This document shows positions 43,903 through 46,854 of a stretch of 46,854 bases of DNA, in pieces. Source of the DNA: a virus (lineage: Duplodnaviria; Caudoviricetes). The DNA lies in IMG/VR virus record IMGVR_UViG_3300049893_001943, positions 1 to 46,854 of that record. The stretch is one strand, 5' to 3'. Under the pieces are notes generated by a model. It did no database searches and was not told the origin of the DNA. It worked only from the letters and a program-made list of their open reading frames with translations. Position numbers and translations under genes: made by a program. Numbering within the stretch: position 1 is the first letter of the stretch; the number at the start of each line of letters is the position of its first letter.

Positions 43903-44355
43903 TTATCGGATTTCAACACAATCTGGCTCCAAGTTACAATCCCAATCGTCAAAGTGAACCTTGCTTGAGCAATGATGGCAAACATCAAAATGCGCTTGCC
44001 TTATGGCCAAATTCTTCGCCTCTTCTTCGTTTGCTGCGCTCACTCTAACCGTGACATGGCCTGAAAAAAAGATTGAAACACTGTATTCTTTCATATCATC
44101 TTCTTGCTCCTTGTCACGCTCTTCTACCAGCTTTAGCGCCCGCAAATAAAGTAAATCCCCGTAATCGTCGGTCTGGGGATATTTATCAAACATCCCCACA
44201 GGCTCCCAATTACCATCCCCACCGTCGTAAACTTCCCAATGCTTTCCGCGCTCTACAAACTTAAAAACACCTCTATTTCCGTGAACAAAGATTACGTTGG
44301 GGTCTATAACACTCCTCTGTATCTCTTGGCCATTTACACTTATTTTTTGCGCCAT
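43903..44355 (-). CDS. Hypothetical two-domain protein
   Basis: C-terminal MKEYSVSIFFSGHVTVRVSAANEEEAKNLA resembles the 12657-12806 peptide; CHHC motif. Confidence 0.7.
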   Translation of the reverse strand: MAQKISVNGQEIQRSVIDPNVIFVHGNRGVFKFVERGKHWEVYDGGDGNWEPVGMFDKYPQTDDYGDLLYLRALKLVEERDKEQEDDMKEYSVSIFFSGHVTVRVSAANEEEAKNLAIRQAHFDVCHHCSSKVHFDDWDCNLEPDCVEIR

Positions 44356-44825
44356 GTCTTACCCTCCATCTTTTCCACTAATTCCATTTCACATTGGATC
44401 ACAAAAATTTCGGTTACTTTTACGTCCAAGCTCTCCTCTGAATTGGCAATGTCTACAATCTTCCTAAGCTTCCTACCATCAATATTTGGGATTCTCTCCT
44501 TAATCCTCTCTCCCGTTACCGGCTCCATGGATGCCATCAAATCCTGCATAACCGAGGTAATATGAGCCGCTGCCAACTCCCTGGGGACTAGCCTAATTTC
44601 AAAGTCATATCCCATAATCGCAAAAGCTTGATCCAAGGCCACCAAATCAAATAGCCCTGGCTCACCATTGGCAATCCTCGACCATGTTTTTGAATGTAAT
44701 ATATGGGACAATTGCTTGCTGATGTTCGTCCCAGTTTCTTCAACTATCCTTTTGAAGGCCAGCCCGACCTGTCTTGCATAATCATTTTTTATCGAAAAAA
44801 TCTGCATTTTTCCTCGCTTCGTCAT
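44340..44825 (-). CDS. XRE-like HTH protein
   Basis: KQLSHILHSKTWSRIANGEP...AFAIMGYDFEIRLVP pattern; start at 44825 or 44807. Confidence 0.6.
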   Translation of the reverse strand: MTKRGKMQIFSIKNDYARQVGLAFKRIVEETGTNISKQLSHILHSKTWSRIANGEPGLFDLVALDQAFAIMGYDFEIRLVPRELAAAHITSVMQDLMASMEPVTGERIKERIPNIDGRKLRKIVDIANSEESLDVKVTEIFVIQCEMELVEKMEGKTWRKK

Positions 44826-44927
44826 GAAACCAACTCGGAGTTTTCTTACTCTTTTTCTTTGGCCACAATACCCCGATCACACATAAAATAGAAAACAAAG
44901 ACAAAACAAGGCTCAATTCAATATTTT

Positions 44928-45206
44928 TCATTGTTTGAAACCTTTAAAAATGCGCTCAAGGTTTTCTGTTGCAAGTTTTAAATATTCCAAAGTTTCAATC
45001 AAAGACATTTGCGTGACTGGTTCACGTGCTTTTACGATCATGACTTTACTTGATTTGGTAGATTCTCTTGCGTCTAGTCTTTTCTTCGCACCGTAAAAAC
45101 GGCCCGCCTTGATACCTCTTTCTTTCAAAATAGATGCGACGCTTCTTTGTTCTTTGATAGATTTTTCCAAAATCTCTCTAATGACTGCCTCGCTAATCGT
45201 TGCCAT
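44928..45206 (-). CDS. Putative HTH DNA-binding protein
   Basis: RSVASILKERGIKAGRFYGAKKR. Confidence 0.6.
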   Translation of the reverse strand: MATISEAVIREILEKSIKEQRSVASILKERGIKAGRFYGAKKRLDARESTKSSKVMIVKAREPVTQMSLIETLEYLKLATENLERIFKGFKQ

Positions 45207-45234
45207 GTGTTTCCTGTCTCCATTGTTTTGCTGA

Positions 45235-45483
45235 TTACAAAATGCCGCCTTTGCTCACGCCAATAAACAAATTGAACTTCCAAAACCGTGGCTTGCCATG
45301 ATAAAAATTTGGTTCCCAACCTGGCATTAGCACGATCTTTTCTTTCTTTTCTAGAGCTAGTCTTCGCCCAATTTCTTCGATAGACCCATCTAATTTGTCG
45401 AATAAATTTATGGTTCTGTCGCGCTCATTGTACTCATAAACCGCCCATTTATTAGACTGCACACGCTGCATCTTGATAATCAT
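45235..45483 (-). CDS. Hypothetical protein
   Basis: SD GGAG before ATG 45483. Confidence 0.6.
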   Translation of the reverse strand: MIIKMQRVQSNKWAVYEYNERDRTINLFDKLDGSIEEIGRRLALEKKEKIVLMPGWEPNFYHGKPRFWKFNLFIGVSKGGIL

Positions 45484-45533
45484 AAAAAATTGTCTCTCCA
45501 ACATCGTTGATGGGAAAGACAATTACATACTGT

Positions 45534-45559
45534 GTAAATGATGTCAACGCATCATTTAC
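45534..45559. promoter_or_regulatory. 10-bp inverted repeat overlapping a TTGACA -35 box
   Basis: GTAAATGATG-TCAACG-CATCATTTAC; minus-strand TTGACA at 45542-45547; -10 box weak. Confidence 0.5.
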
Positions 45560-45701
45560 TTTGTTGTGAAACATCGGCCTTTTTGAGTTTGTACTTGCTG
45601 CATTTCTCATGTCCATACGCGAACGGCAAAAGAACGATAGAAAGAAGCTCGACAGCGATAAAAACTAGACTCTGACCCAAACCTTTAAAATCAGGTTTCA
45701 C
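45552..45701 (-). CDS. Small membrane peptide (49 aa)
   Basis: Hand translation from GTG: MKPDFKGLGQSLVFIAVELLSIVLLPFAYGHEKCSKYKLKKADVSQQSK*; SD GGGGG. Confidence 0.5.
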   Translation of the reverse strand: MKPDFKGLGQSLVFIAVELLSIVLLPFAYGHEKCSKYKLKKADVSQQSK

Positions 45702-45713
45702 GACATACCCCCA

Positions 45714-45998
45714 TTAAAAATTGCATCTAAGAACATCAATGATTTTATGGTAAACCTCTTTGTCCCGCTCATGCAACTGGTCATAGGGACAAAGCCTGGG
45801 ATCAATTGTTCTTGATCTAGAAAAACCATACTGGACCCCTTGGCGCACCATTTCCTTGACCCATACATTATGGGCCTCTTCAGGCTTGGCAGCCTTGTGC
45901 TCCAGCAGCCAGTCAATAACCCCTCTAAGTGCTATCGCCTCTGTCTCCCTCAGGCCCCTCATCCCCAGCGCAATTTCCACAGTCTTGTATAGATTCAT
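45714..45998 (-). CDS. Stand-alone RyR-domain protein
   Basis: PEEAHNVWVKEMVRQGVQYG...DPRLCPYDQLHERDKE matches the RyR repeat pattern H..W......GW.YG...HP.LVPY..L.E.EK. Confidence 0.8.
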   Translation of the reverse strand: MNLYKTVEIALGMRGLRETEAIALRGVIDWLLEHKAAKPEEAHNVWVKEMVRQGVQYGFSRSRTIDPRLCPYDQLHERDKEVYHKIIDVLRCNF

Positions 45999-46185
45999 CG
46001 TCCATCGCCCTGACGTTCTTGATGCAAAAAATGTCGATACCATCGCAATCGTACATAAGCAAACCGCAAGCGTGTACCGCCACCCCTTTACAACTCAAAA
46101 TTTCTCCGGTTTCGATTTCGTAGATTCGGGGTGCGGTGGTACAGCTTGCGACAAGTAAGGCTATTGCTGGCCCTATTAACTTCAT
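45925..46185 (-). CDS. Small Cys-rich lipoprotein
   Basis: MKLIGPAIALLVASC lipobox; multiple Cys. Confidence 0.65.
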   Translation of the reverse strand: MKLIGPAIALLVASCTTAPRIYEIETGEILSCKGVAVHACGLLMYDCDGIDIFCIKNVRAMDDESIQDCGNCAGDEGPEGDRGDST

Positions 46186-46400
46186 TAAAAGACCAACTTT
46201 GTAACGCGGGTAACAGGGAGCCTACGGCCTTTGATGATAACGGGGTTTTCATGGCCCCCATCGCTTACTGCCTTGAGGAGATCTTTCTTGGTCAGAGACT
46301 CAAGAAAGGTGCCATCTGGACAAACAGCAATAAAGAAAGTTGGGGCTTTGGGTCGCTTATCATTGGACTCATTAGAAACGTCTAACGCTGCTTCGCTCAT
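46185..46400 (-). CDS. Hypothetical protein
   Basis: 71 aa; SD GGAG; first clear gene after the origin-like region. Confidence 0.7.
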   Translation of the reverse strand: MSEAALDVSNESNDKRPKAPTFFIAVCPDGTFLESLTKKDLLKAVSDGGHENPVIIKGRRLPVTRVTKLVF

Positions 46401-46662
46401 AGTATTAATTCTCCGTAATGAAATTTAATTGATCATACATTTTTTGGTCTTTGGGTCAAATTTTTTAATGATGTTTCAAAGTTCATAGGTAACCTATTTT
46501 GGTTTTGTTTGGTGACCAAACTGGATTTTGATTCTACGATTACAAAGTGTTCAAAATATTTTGGTTGTAACGTAATGAAATAATTTCATTTAAACTGAAG
46601 CATATTTAAATTTTTATTATTTTTGTTTATTGGTGCTTGAAAAAAATGTCAATGATATTCTT

Positions 46663-46839
<177 letters not shown>

Positions 46840-46854
46840 TATTAGGTTTTTGTG

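Noticed and set aside
44928-45206. IS-type transposase accessory HTH
   Set aside because: No DDE transposase, terminal inverted repeats or target duplication nearby.

Overview
This window is a nearly complete but gapped genome of a tailed dsDNA phage with siphovirus-type architecture, encoded almost entirely on the minus strand. Read in transcription direction (right to left), it holds: an AT-rich origin-like repeat region; about 20 small early genes (duplicated sigma70-like promoter cassettes, lipoproteins, a RyR-domain protein, HTH/RHH regulators); terminase small and large subunits; a portal-MuF fusion; HK97-type prohead protease and major capsid protein; a cluster of head-decoration-like genes; head-tail joining genes; tail tube; G/GT chaperones with a -1 slippery site; a 1955-aa tape measure; tail tip genes; an inserted accessory cassette with a structured leader and an Acb2/Tad1-like sponge; an array of fibre/receptor-binding genes; a GT-A glycosyltransferase; an unusual lysis module (holin candidate, amidase, signal-peptide muramidase, CAP-domain lipoprotein); and a Sak4/SSB/SF2-helicase/VRR-NUC module cut by the left edge. 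I saw no integrase, DNA polymerase, primase, reverse transcriptase, tRNA or CRISPR array. The best candidate for an undescribed system is 12415-13820: an operator-like palindrome, a multi-stem RNA-like element and an SD-occluding hairpin in front of a putative anti-defence operon. All calls come from motif recognition by eye; no searches or folding programs were run, and the host cannot be determined.
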